From IMG/VR virus record IMGVR_UViG_3300005077_000049, positions 1 to 38,155 of that record: a stretch of 38,155 nt of DNA; one strand, given 5' to 3'. Each line of letters starts with the position of its first letter. The first letter of the stretch is position 1. A program made the translations under genes and the position numbers. The notes under the pieces are model-generated. The model saw only the letters and a list, made by a program, of their open reading frames with translations. It was not told where the DNA came from and did not search any database. Shown here one piece after another: positions 9,811-18,759 of the stretch. The DNA comes from a virus (lineage: Duplodnaviria; Caudoviricetes).

Positions 9811-10583
9811 ACCCTCATTATACTTAAAAAGGAATCAGTGTTCGCCATCGGACTCGAACTCCCTGCATATCTCGCTGCTATATTAGAATAGCCCTCTGCT
9901 TTTATTTCGATATAATCAGTAGCAGCAAGAGAAACATAAAAAGCCCTTCCATAATTGTGCCAGTGTGCATAACCGCCAGACTGATAATCTAAAAATGTTA
10001 TTGAGCAGCCTTTTTCTTCTACGCCATTCTTGTAAATATAAAGGTCCACATTTTTGTAAAAATTAATCTTAAATGTAACCAGATACAACCCTGTCTTGTT
10101 GGCTGTAAATTTGTAAGTCGCCGGATTAAATTCGTCCGAGTCATCAGTGATCTCGTCGTCAAATTCTACCGTTGCCAAAGAAGAAACATCTTGTGTGTCT
10201 GCACTCATTTTTACATAAACATACGACTTATCCAGTGCATCAAAATTGATTGTTCCGTCCTTCGTCAATTGTGTTTCTGTGTCTGCATCATCCAGATAAT
10301 GAAGCTCTGAATCTTCTCCTTCTAATTTTGTATACAATATCCCTGCTCCAACAATAGCAGAAGGAGTCGAAATTGATTTCAACGTTGTTTTTTTATGAAA
10401 ACCGTCTGCATCGCCAGCAGACGTATCAACCGAATTAGCCCACTGGTGTTCCAGTTCCATTCGTTCTTGAACATCTTCCTTGAATTGCCGAATCTCCTGT
10501 GCTCCAAACCCCATGCGATTGGCATCGTCCGGATCATCCTTGTCGATTGTTCTTGTATGGTTCGCTCTTGTATATAAAGGCAT
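9807..10583 (-). CDS. Tail fibre/receptor-binding paralogue B, C1q-like C-terminus
   Basis: Same N-terminal module; VEFD...FNPATYKFTANKTGLYLV...IYKNG...LAATDYIEI. Confidence 0.7.
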   Translation of the reverse strand: MPLYTRANHTRTIDKDDPDDANRMGFGAQEIRQFKEDVQERMELEHQWANSVDTSAGDADGFHKKTTLKSISTPSAIVGAGILYTKLEGEDSELHYLDDADTETQLTKDGTINFDALDKSYVYVKMSADTQDVSSLATVEFDDEITDDSDEFNPATYKFTANKTGLYLVTFKINFYKNVDLYIYKNGVEEKGCSITFLDYQSGGYAHWHNYGRAFYVSLAATDYIEIKAEGYSNIAARYAGSSSPMANTDSFLSIMRV

Positions 10584-10585
10584 AA

Positions 10586-11293
10586 TTACTCCGTTAAATT
10601 AATAATAATTAAATGAGTTGACGTTGCAGCCACATGGGACGGATAAAGAAGGTCCTGGGACTCTAAATATATTTCGTCATCCTCGTCCAAGTCCACAATT
10701 ATGTCTGTAACATTGCTATATACATCGAGAGTAGTTCCGTCTAAATACATCCAGACTTCATCATTCTTTTTTAAACGGTGTTTTGAAAGATCACCGCAAA
10801 CAGCAGCGATTATACGGTATTTACCTGTAGCCGGTGCGGTAAAAACCCCATCGGAATAATGACTTCCGTAATCAACCTCTGTGATTAACGTTTGTTTCGA
10901 ATAAGCCCCTTGCGGCGGAGTTGTGCTGTATCCATAAAAAGCAGCCACATTTTGCCTGTGCTCAAAATGAGCAATCTCGTTACCCCTGGTCAAATTAAAC
11001 TCATTGTCATTGTTGTCTCGATACATCAAATTGACATCGTTGTCGCTATCTTCTTCAGTAAAAACCAGACATTCATCTTCTTCAACATATGACTCTGTTG
11101 ATTTTTCCATGGTTAATTTTTTATGTCGCCCGTCTGCATCATACAGGGAGGTATCAGTTTCATTCGCCCAAAAATGGTCCAGCCCCATTCTTTCTTCAAT
11201 GTTTTCTTTTATCTCTCTCAATCTTTGAGCACCGACTGAAACGAGTTCTGTGTCGGCAGGAGTTGTTATACTAATCGCCCTGGTATGACTCAT
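10586..11293 (-). CDS. Tail fibre/receptor-binding paralogue A, C1q-like C-terminus
   Basis: Same N-terminal module; AAFY...GVFTAPATGKY...LKKN...LDEDDEIYL. Confidence 0.65.
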   Translation of the reverse strand: MSHTRAISITTPADTELVSVGAQRLREIKENIEERMGLDHFWANETDTSLYDADGRHKKLTMEKSTESYVEEDECLVFTEEDSDNDVNLMYRDNNDNEFNLTRGNEIAHFEHRQNVAAFYGYSTTPPQGAYSKQTLITEVDYGSHYSDGVFTAPATGKYRIIAAVCGDLSKHRLKKNDEVWMYLDGTTLDVYSNVTDIIVDLDEDDEIYLESQDLLYPSHVAATSTHLIIINLTE

Positions 11294-11466
11294 TTTTTTA
11301 AAACCTTATACGCAAATTTCTGTAAAACATTTCCACCGATATAAACAATAAGCACAGTCACGAGATGATCACCTGTAAAAAATTGAGGTCTAAAGGCATG
11401 AAATAAAACAGCAACCAGCAAGGCCATAAACTTTCGACTTGACGTTTTGTTTATAAAATCAAGCAT
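11290..11466 (-). CDS. Putative holin (58 aa, 2 TM; not in ORF track)
   Basis: Hand-translated MLDFINKTSSRKFMALLVAVLF...VLIVYIGGNVLQKF; SRKF...YIGGN pattern; directly after the amidase. Confidence 0.65.
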   Translation of the reverse strand: MLDFINKTSSRKFMALLVAVLFHAFRPQFFTGDHLVTVLIVYIGGNVLQKFAYKVLKK

Positions 11467-12001
11467 TTTGCTCTCTCCCTATCGTGTATTTTTCATCATC
11501 TTCTTTCTTCCAGGAAAAGCCGGCATCAGTAAACCATTGCTCCAATTTCTCCCAATCGAATGCCCCTGGACAATCCTTGTCTCTATTGCTATATTTTTTT
11601 GCATTATACGAATGACTTGTGATAGTATCAATAGGATATTTTTCAGTCAGTAGAATCAAAAGATCGAAAAGCATCCTATACTGGTCCTCAGAATAGGGAA
11701 TTTTATTTTGAGGACTTGTATTTAAAAGCTCTATCCCAATCGTTGACCTATCGTGGTATCCTGAGGAAGAATGAAAAACCCATCTATCGGGATCAATAAT
11801 CTCAAGTGTTCGATCATTTTCTATGAGATAGTGGAAAAGAGCTATCCCCTGGACATACTCTGAAGCTCTACCTCCACCCAACACCCAGTTATAAGTGCCT
11901 CCACCGCCAGTGCCATGCAGCACTATTTCGTTGGGAGCCGAATATCGGGCGTTCCCTGAATGCCACTTATGTCTGATTTTATCGTCAATGATTATATTCA
12001 T
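11459..12001 (-). CDS. Endolysin, N-acetylmuramoyl-L-alanine amidase (Amidase_2)
   Basis: IVLHGT, HYLI, FHS, TIGIEL, SHS and KDCPG Zn-amidase motifs. Confidence 0.9.
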   Translation of the reverse strand: MNIIIDDKIRHKWHSGNARYSAPNEIVLHGTGGGGTYNWVLGGGRASEYVQGIALFHYLIENDRTLEIIDPDRWVFHSSSGYHDRSTIGIELLNTSPQNKIPYSEDQYRMLFDLLILLTEKYPIDTITSHSYNAKKYSNRDKDCPGAFDWEKLEQWFTDAGFSWKKEDDEKYTIGREQNA

Positions 12002-12234
12002 TTTCTTCCAGCCTTTATCTTGAGTGTTGTTGCAATGACTGTTATATTTTCTTTTATTGAAGCTAAATCTTCTTTCAGCATCTCAAGAGTATCTTCAAAT
12101 TTTTGACTTTTATTATTCAAGTGAACCACCTCCGCTTTAATCAATTTTATCTCACCTTCTTGTCTTATTATATATATAACTACTCCAACCAGAATTACAC
12201 CAATTGAAATTAAGGTCCCAATTTCTATAGTCAT
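11998..12234 (-). CDS. TM plus coiled-coil lysis-cassette protein (holin/antiholin-like)
   Basis: N-terminal TM followed by heptads; immediately upstream of the amidase. Confidence 0.5.
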   Translation of the reverse strand: MTIEIGTLISIGVILVGVVIYIIRQEGEIKLIKAEVVHLNNKSQKFEDTLEMLKEDLASIKENITVIATTLKIKAGRK

Positions 12235-13883
12235 ATTTTGATCCCAATAAATATTTTATAAACATAATCTTCATTGTCAATGATCTGTTGCTCACCTGCC
12301 GAAGTCAGACCTAAAACGCCATTCGCTCCGGTTTGAATCAATGCCGCACAAGATCCTATACCGGAAACCTCCCATCCATACTCAGAAGTCCCATCCTTGA
12401 AACATCCTTGACTTAGCCGCAGATGGTGAGTGGACGAATACGAAGTTGAACTGTCATAATAAATCTTTACATCCAAATGTTCCAGACTTACTCCAATATA
12501 ATGTGCAAGATTTCTGTCTACATTTTTTGTGTTCCCATTTACATCGGCAGTCGCACCGCTTTGTGCTCCGGTAATTGTATAATTATTTGTAAATTTGCCA
12601 CCAACAACATCCTTGAGAACCATTGTCGGTGCGCTAACGATTACTATTATTCCAGTATTTCCGGACGTTGACTCCGTTATGACTTCTCCTTCAGTGAAAC
12701 TCCCTGACAAATTGTCAAAATCAATACAAATAGAACCCAGGTGTCTATTGGTCCAATCGCTATTCGCAACAACTCCTGTACAGAACCAGGAAGATAAACC
12801 TAAAATTTGCCATTCCGAACCATTAGAAATAGCTTCAAGATAGTCACCACTGCTCATCAATCGCAAGGTTGCAGTCGATGTGCCTTTAACATTAAACGTC
12901 TCAGAGCCTTCTCCGTTTATTTCAACTGGACCGCCTAAATAAACAACCTGAACCCTAATAATTTTGTCTTCATTATCGGCAGCGGTTGGGAAAGTAATTT
13001 CAACGGTCCCAGTCCTTGAATCCGCAAGAATGAGTAATTTTCCATAGTCTGTTAAATCACTGTCCTGTATTGTATAATCGCTTGTCTTGCTTAATACATT
13101 CAACTCAGTCGATGACGACGACGATTGAGGGACACTTTGCCATGTCGCCGAACTTGTCGAATTATCGGTACAATAAAACAATTCACCAGAACTTGTATTG
13201 AGCCAAAAGTCTCCTGTGTCAAACGACATGCCAAAACCGGCAGTGTCGCTATCATCGTTTGTAGCGTCAGGATCGCTTGCGTCAGTTGCAATTTTAGGGA
13301 AATCGACAACATCGCTAGAATCAAGAATCTGAACCCAATTCGCAGAAGTCGAGGTATTGTCTTGACAATAATATAAAGCAGAAGAACTTGTATCCAACCA
13401 AATGTCTCCGACTTTAAAAACCATACCAAAGCTCGCAGTATCAATATCGTCATTATCAGAAGTAGGAGCACTTGTGTCGGTTGCGACTTGAGGAAAGTCG
13501 GCAATATAAGAAGGATTCAAAAGAGTTGTCCAGACCGCCGCACCTGTTGTGTTTGACTTGCAGCAATAAACAATGCCTGTGCTTGTATCAAGCCAGAAAT
13601 CACCAGGGTTGAATGACATTCCAAAATCGGCAGTATCAACTCCATCGTTGTTTACACCAGGAGCACTTGTGCTAACCCCAGTTTGCGGAATAATATAATT
13701 TTCTTCAAAATAAGAAACTAAGTCGGCAACCATTAAATAATTTGCATCGAGGTATGTTTTTATAGCTTTTTGAGTAGGAATTAAAGCATCTGAATTATCC
13801 GCAAAAGTCCCATCTGTAGAAAGACTGACGTTTTGAATAACAAAAAACCCCGACAACTCACCGCTTGAATATGGATTAGTCAT
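12231..13883 (-). CDS. Tail fibre/structural protein with three internal ~63-aa repeats
   Basis: Three copies of T.AP...ND..DTA.FGM.F..GD.WL.TS....Y.C..N....A.W. Confidence 0.7.
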   Translation of the reverse strand: MTNPYSSGELSGFFVIQNVSLSTDGTFADNSDALIPTQKAIKTYLDANYLMVADLVSYFEENYIIPQTGVSTSAPGVNNDGVDTADFGMSFNPGDFWLDTSTGIVYCCKSNTTGAAVWTTLLNPSYIADFPQVATDTSAPTSDNDDIDTASFGMVFKVGDIWLDTSSSALYYCQDNTSTSANWVQILDSSDVVDFPKIATDASDPDATNDDSDTAGFGMSFDTGDFWLNTSSGELFYCTDNSTSSATWQSVPQSSSSSTELNVLSKTSDYTIQDSDLTDYGKLLILADSRTGTVEITFPTAADNEDKIIRVQVVYLGGPVEINGEGSETFNVKGTSTATLRLMSSGDYLEAISNGSEWQILGLSSWFCTGVVANSDWTNRHLGSICIDFDNLSGSFTEGEVITESTSGNTGIIVIVSAPTMVLKDVVGGKFTNNYTITGAQSGATADVNGNTKNVDRNLAHYIGVSLEHLDVKIYYDSSTSYSSTHHLRLSQGCFKDGTSEYGWEVSGIGSCAALIQTGANGVLGLTSAGEQQIIDNEDYVYKIFIGIKI

Positions 13884-14542
13884 TAAACCCCCCTGTACTT
13901 GATCTCCATCAAATGGTTATACATTCTGCTGTGCTGTTCACTTCTTAACCTGAATTCTTCTTCATCTGCTTTAACCTTGTAAACTTGTGCCGAATCAAAC
14001 TCTTTTAAGCTCTCGAACATTTCCTGGACAGTTTTATAAATAACCAGGTCTGCCCCATAAGAGGTAAGATCATTGCTTTCTGTTAAAAATCCAGAAGTTG
14101 TCGGTCTACTCAATATCTCCCAATAAATAATATGCACATTTCTTGAAGCAGAAGGAATAGGATAAAAAGTTATAATCTCATCTGTTATTTCATAATAAAT
14201 AGGATTGTCGGCTGTTCCGTCAGTCTGCCAGGAATAATCCTGAGCCTCAGTACCACCGAGAGGAACAAGAGGTTTCCGAAACAAACCCTCTTCTTCAGCC
14301 TCCATTAAAACGTTTATGACCTGTTTATAGCCGGAAGGGAGAACATACGATTGCGTTCCGCTCACAAGAGCCTGCTCGGTCCATGTGTGCATGAACCAAT
14401 AATTAAAATCCTGCATTATCTTGCGACACACATTTGCAATTATGCCATTCTCTCCCTGCAACGCAGAAGTAGCGGCTGCAGGGACAGAACTATTTCCCCA
14501 TACATAAAAACAAACTCGACTATAAATTTCTCCGAATGTCAT
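13883..14542 (-). CDS. Head-tail adaptor (T7 gp11/P22 gp4-like)
   Basis: MTF.EI...; GTQSYVLP; FYPIP motif; position after the head genes. Confidence 0.7.
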   Translation of the reverse strand: MTFGEIYSRVCFYVWGNSSVPAAATSALQGENGIIANVCRKIMQDFNYWFMHTWTEQALVSGTQSYVLPSGYKQVINVLMEAEEEGLFRKPLVPLGGTEAQDYSWQTDGTADNPIYYEITDEIITFYPIPSASRNVHIIYWEILSRPTTSGFLTESNDLTSYGADLVIYKTVQEMFESLKEFDSAQVYKVKADEEEFRLRSEQHSRMYNHLMEIKYRGV

Positions 14543-14955
14543 TCGATTATCTCTTTCTCTTCGTTTTTATTTTCGTTCAATTTGATTTTTCTTTCGTTCA
14601 ATTTGATTTTTTTAATCATATCGACTTTATCATCCTTTTCAGGCTGTTTCTCTTCGTCGATTTCCACTACAAAGAATTTAGGAATAATTTTTTGTTTTTG
14701 AGTTCTTTTCCCCATTTCCCCGTCTACTGTCCATTTAACGGTGTGAGCCTCTTTCAGCACGTTTACAACCGCACGAGGAACATTGACGATTTCCCCATCT
14801 TTTATCAAAAAAGAATTTCCATTCACCGAACAGAAAATATCATCACCAGGATTTTTGAGATTGGCGATCTTAACTCGAACTCTATCGCTCAACCAATCTT
14901 TTTTTTCATTGTCCATAAAACTCTCCATGTTTTGATTAAGCCCCTTGTGTTTCAA
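14539..14955 (-). CDS. Hypothetical head-region protein (true start may be ~14928 or 14916)
   Basis: VNG....IK.GE.V.VP..V..VL motif; in-frame 21-bp tandem duplication near the C-terminus. Confidence 0.6.
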   Translation of the reverse strand: MKHKGLNQNMESFMDNEKKDWLSDRVRVKIANLKNPGDDIFCSVNGNSFLIKDGEIVNVPRAVVNVLKEAHTVKWTVDGEMGKRTQKQKIIPKFFVVEIDEEKQPEKDDKVDMIKKIKLNERKIKLNENKNEEKEIIE

Positions 14956-14961
14956 AGGGGC
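14940..14961 (-). terminator. Hairpin after the capsid/decoration genes (attenuator or processing site)
   Basis: GCCCCTT...AAGGGGC stem right after the stop at 14968; weak U tract. Confidence 0.4.
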
Positions 14962-14967
14962 GTTTTA

Positions 14968-15267
14968 TTATGCGAATGCAATCCAGATAATTGTTTCTGC
15001 ACTAGCATTCAAGTCTGTGTCAGTCCCAATTGAAAAACCCAAAGACGCTGAATTAACCGCAGATGGAGTAATTCCACCACTTGCCATCAAAGCTATAACG
15101 CCAGTTGGGAGGTCCTTGAATATTTCACCATCAGCCATGTCTTCAGTCCAATCGCCTGAAGCGTCTCCATCTATATTGATAATCCTGACATAAGATGGGA
15201 TAAAACCACACTCTATGCTTATTGCAGCCCCAGTTCCTTCTACTGTACCACACGCAAAATTATTCAT
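14968..15267 (-). CDS. Putative capsid decoration/cement protein
   Basis: 99 aa, beta-rich, GF.PS.V motif, two genes downstream of the MCP. Confidence 0.6.
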   Translation of the reverse strand: MNNFACGTVEGTGAAISIECGFIPSYVRIINIDGDASGDWTEDMADGEIFKDLPTGVIALMASGGITPSAVNSASLGFSIGTDTDLNASAETIIWIAFA

Positions 15268-15270
15268 TGT

Positions 15271-16374
15271 CTACCTCCAAGCCTTGTAATAAATTGTCTC
15301 GCCAGGCTCCAATAGCTCTGAGTAATAGCCTATTCGAAAACCCCGAACAGAAGTATTGTCCAAAGGAGTTATCCCATGCTCTGTGATAAAACCTTTATTC
15401 GGAGTAACATTATAAAAGGTTATACTTTGACAATCAGAACCAGCGACTAAATCGTCAGTCGCACCAGTCCATGCCCCACCGGATTTTGCCTCAACTATAA
15501 AATACATAAAAAGCACACTTCCAGCAGTCGCAGTTGGAATAGCGGCCAGGGCCAAAGCGGCAGTGTTGTATCCAGTTGCATTATCCGCTGCATCTTTAGC
15601 AGCAACAGTTCCAGCCTTGTTCACTTCAAAACCAAATAAACCGAATTTTGTCGCAGGCAGGGCAGTCGCAGTCGGAGCAGTCCCAACAGCATTGGCAGCA
15701 ACAGTTCTTTTCTCTCCACCAGAATAATATTCAAATTCACCATTGGCACATCTTGCAGTATTCGAGCCAACAGCACAACCAGCAGAAGTCAACACACTGG
15801 GAGCAGAGAATTTATTAACTTTCGCATACCCATTGGTGAAATCACTTTGCCACTCCATTTTGCACCCATTCGCAGGATTCCAAACTTCCACAAGAGAAGG
15901 AGTGAATCCAAGACTTACATCTTCACCAGGCTCAGCTGTAATATCCCAAAACCAAACATTTTCGCAATCCGAACCAGCAACCAGGTCGTCAGTCGCACCG
16001 GTCCAAGTCCCACTATCTGCTTCAACAATTATATACATGAAAAGCACATTCCCGGCATCAGCAGTAGGCAAGGCAGCCAAAGCAGCAGCATAAGTCGCAT
16101 AACCAGTGGCATTACCAGCAGCATCTTTATTTGAAATTGTACCAGCAGCATTTATTTGAAATCCAAACAATCCGAAAGTCGTCGCAGGAACAACAGTTGC
16201 AGTAACCGCAGTTCCAGCAGCGACAGCCGCTTTAGAACAAACAACGCCGTCTATCATGTATTTAAAAGCAGAATTGGCAACTTGAGTATCAGTGGAGCCA
16301 ACCGCACAGCCAGGTGCGGTTATAACTTTGTCACTGGAAGGGGATGTAAAACTACCTGAAATAAAATTATCCAT
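15271..16374 (-). CDS. Decoration-protein paralogue carrying two inserted ~125-aa repeated domains
   Basis: Two copies of GCAVGS...FGLFGF...KDAA.NATGY...WTGATDDLVAGSDC; the flanking segments align with 14968-15267. Confidence 0.65.
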   Translation of the reverse strand: MDNFISGSFTSPSSDKVITAPGCAVGSTDTQVANSAFKYMIDGVVCSKAAVAAGTAVTATVVPATTFGLFGFQINAAGTISNKDAAGNATGYATYAAALAALPTADAGNVLFMYIIVEADSGTWTGATDDLVAGSDCENVWFWDITAEPGEDVSLGFTPSLVEVWNPANGCKMEWQSDFTNGYAKVNKFSAPSVLTSAGCAVGSNTARCANGEFEYYSGGEKRTVAANAVGTAPTATALPATKFGLFGFEVNKAGTVAAKDAADNATGYNTAALALAAIPTATAGSVLFMYFIVEAKSGGAWTGATDDLVAGSDCQSITFYNVTPNKGFITEHGITPLDNTSVRGFRIGYYSELLEPGETIYYKAWR

Positions 16375-16384
16375 TACTCCCTCC

Positions 16385-17377
16385 TTATCTACTTACCCCA
16401 CATTCTATCCTGTACATTAAAGATTCGTTCAAAATAAGGCAATCTGTACATGCTTTCCAGCCAGAAGTACTTCTTTGATTTAAAGGGTCATCTCCTGAAC
16501 CTAAAGGCTTGTTAATAATTTCAAGTCCTCTTCCCTGTAAATCAGTGACACCATAAGCATTTTTACCAAAAATAAGAATAGTGTGAATGTCACAGTTTGA
16601 TGTCCCAGTTGTGTACTTTAATATATTTGTAACAGCAGTTCCACCGAGGTCCGCTCTAACCTTAGAATTCGAGGACTCAACAAATCTTATGTTCCGATAT
16701 GATCCGACCTCACCTGGAAGAGCAATTGAAGGATTCGGATATTTATGAACCGGAACATAGCCAGTAATGGCGTTCAGGTCTCTTTCAACATATGAGTCGG
16801 TTATTGCGAAATAAGAACCGGCAATTGGAGTTGTGCCGACAGCAGTGTTCCCAGGAATAGGATTCTCCATCCAGTATTTTGCATTTGCGGCCTTTAATGC
16901 TCTGATTGCAATATCAAGATCAGCAGCAGCAATCTTAGTAACAATATTTCCTCTTGCAGCAACTGATCCTGCATACTGAACAGAAGTTCCACCGTTCAAA
17001 ACGTCTCGATAGATAATATCAAGAGTCTCGCCAGCGTTTTCTCCAAGAACCTCAGCGGCTTCAGTCAGTGTCGGGTCCTGATTAGTAAACTGAACATAGT
17101 CGGTGATCTCGACATATGTACCATACTGAACCAGTTGTCCGTCCACATCTGTTTTGCTCAACTGCTGTGCAGTAGGAGTAACGCCCTCAACCAGTGGAGC
17201 AGTCGCAGTAGTAAGAGCAGAATACTTTCTAAATCTAGGCTGATCCCCTTTTTTTTGAGGAACAGGTCTCTTTTGTCCAAAAAGGTTATGTGCCAAATAA
17301 GGCGTTGCCCTTTCCAATAAAACCCTATCATAAAAAGCCCTCACCGCAGGTGGTATTTGCGTAATAGTTGTTGACAT
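16385..17377 (-). CDS. Major capsid protein, N4-gp56 family
   Basis: FYDR.LL.RA.P...FGQ...P...G...FR.Y, EGVTP, QYG, GEVG and DPLNQR...GWK motifs. Confidence 0.9.
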   Translation of the reverse strand: MSTTITQIPPAVRAFYDRVLLERATPYLAHNLFGQKRPVPQKKGDQPRFRKYSALTTATAPLVEGVTPTAQQLSKTDVDGQLVQYGTYVEITDYVQFTNQDPTLTEAAEVLGENAGETLDIIYRDVLNGGTSVQYAGSVAARGNIVTKIAAADLDIAIRALKAANAKYWMENPIPGNTAVGTTPIAGSYFAITDSYVERDLNAITGYVPVHKYPNPSIALPGEVGSYRNIRFVESSNSKVRADLGGTAVTNILKYTTGTSNCDIHTILIFGKNAYGVTDLQGRGLEIINKPLGSGDDPLNQRSTSGWKACTDCLILNESLMYRIECGVSR

Positions 17378-17413
17378 CTTAATGTCTCCTTAAATTAAAT
17401 TAATTTGGACACA

Positions 17414-18157
17414 TCAATAGCCTTTTACTCTCCTAATCTCTGCCTCCAGGTCCGCTTTCGACATGTTTAGATAATGACTCCCGTCTTCTCTATTCGCAGC
17501 CCCTCCACCCATACTGGACAAAGTTGGAGGACGATTTAAATTATTATTGATTTTGTCGGCCACTTGTTGTGTCACTCGCTGATTTTGTTTTTCAGCATAT
17601 TGAGGATGAGTTTTCCCTAACAAATAAGCAGTCTCCGCAGGATTCGACGATCTCATTATGGCTTCACCAAGACCTTCGTTTTGCATGGCTAAATCTTTAG
17701 CCAAAACAACAACATCTTCCCAATCAGAATATTTAGATTTCGCTTGAAGTTCCATCTGTAATATCTGTTGTGATCTTATATCCTGGTTTATTCTCCTAAC
17801 TTTTTCATCTAACATATGATTTACTGCATCATAAGTCGGAATATCGTCAGGATCATAAGCATCTTGTTGTTGTGTAGATTGTTGTTGAAGTGCTAACTGT
17901 CGGAAAAATTCTCTTTCTTGCTCTGCTTTTTGTCTTTTTTCTCTCTCTGCAATTAAAGCTTTTAATTGTCCATCTGAAGGGTCTTTCTGGACACCTTCTT
18001 GCCGGCTATTTGGGTCCGGCTGAACAATTGGCTCATCTATAGGTTGAACCGAATCTTGAAAAGCATCTTGCGATTGAGGAAAAGACTCGAATTGTTGGTC
18101 AGCAGGCGACACTTGACCGTCTTGATTTACGCCCTGGTTTTGATTTTCAATTCCCAT
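17414..18157 (-). CDS. Scaffolding protein
   Basis: Acidic/Q-rich N-terminus, AL.AEREKRQ coiled coil, NPAETAY, directly before the MCP. Confidence 0.8.
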   Translation of the reverse strand: MGIENQNQGVNQDGQVSPADQQFESFPQSQDAFQDSVQPIDEPIVQPDPNSRQEGVQKDPSDGQLKALIAEREKRQKAEQEREFFRQLALQQQSTQQQDAYDPDDIPTYDAVNHMLDEKVRRINQDIRSQQILQMELQAKSKYSDWEDVVVLAKDLAMQNEGLGEAIMRSSNPAETAYLLGKTHPQYAEKQNQRVTQQVADKINNNLNRPPTLSSMGGGAANREDGSHYLNMSKADLEAEIRRVKGY

Positions 18158-18302
18158 TTATAGTTAATCCTTACTAAAAGATTAACCATTCCCACCGTTT
18201 TAAGCTATATCGTATTGAATAAGATATGGATCATCCATATTTATTAAATATTCGTCATATTTTGTCTGGTCTGTCCAGCTCCAAGAACAAAGAAACAAGA
18301 AA

Positions 18303-18716
18303 CTAGCGAATGCTAACAACCTTTGGGTCTTCTTTCTTTTTCTTATATCTTTCACTGATTTCAGCCTCCTTCGTTTTATCGGGCAGAATCGAGGCATTGC
18401 CCTCTTTACTTAATGGAGTATCTCTCCATTTATGTCTGTTCTTCATGTTGAACGCCCATAAACCAACATTGAAATACCTTGTAGTCATGTTTTCTCTGCC
18501 ATATGCAATCCACCATGCCTCGCAATATATTTCGGCCATCTTAAAAGCGTCATCGTATTCAGGATATTCCTTCCTGAATCTTGCATGAATCTCTCTAGTT
18601 AGATCGAATTCTGCAATTATCTCTGTTGCTCCCCATCCCTCATTTTTGGATTTTTCGAGGATGAACTCTTTCCATCCTTCAGGGAGACTTTTTAATGTTT
18701 TCCCTTCATCAGACAT
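18303..18716 (-). CDS. Terminase small subunit-like protein (HTH plus P22 gp3-like motif)
   Basis: YPE..DA...EAWW...GR......FN..LW.FNMKNR..WRD motif. Confidence 0.7.
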   Translation of the reverse strand: MSDEGKTLKSLPEGWKEFILEKSKNEGWGATEIIAEFDLTREIHARFRKEYPEYDDAFKMAEIYCEAWWIAYGRENMTTRYFNVGLWAFNMKNRHKWRDTPLSKEGNASILPDKTKEAEISERYKKKKEDPKVVSIR

Positions 18717-18724
18717 AACGCCTC

Positions 18725-18753
18725 AGAATAATAAAAATACGCTATTTTGTCAA
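18725..18753 (-). promoter_or_regulatory. Sigma70-type promoter upstream of the terS-like gene
   Basis: Minus strand TTGACA-N17-TATTCT, ending 8 nt before the ATG at 18716. Confidence 0.55.
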
Positions 18754-18759
18754 GAAAAA

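Noticed and set aside
9121-13883. Diversity-generating retroelement or invertase shufflon acting on the fibre genes
   Set aside because: No reverse transcriptase, no TR/VR pair with A-specific mismatches seen, all paralogues full length and co-oriented, no inverted crossover sites noticed
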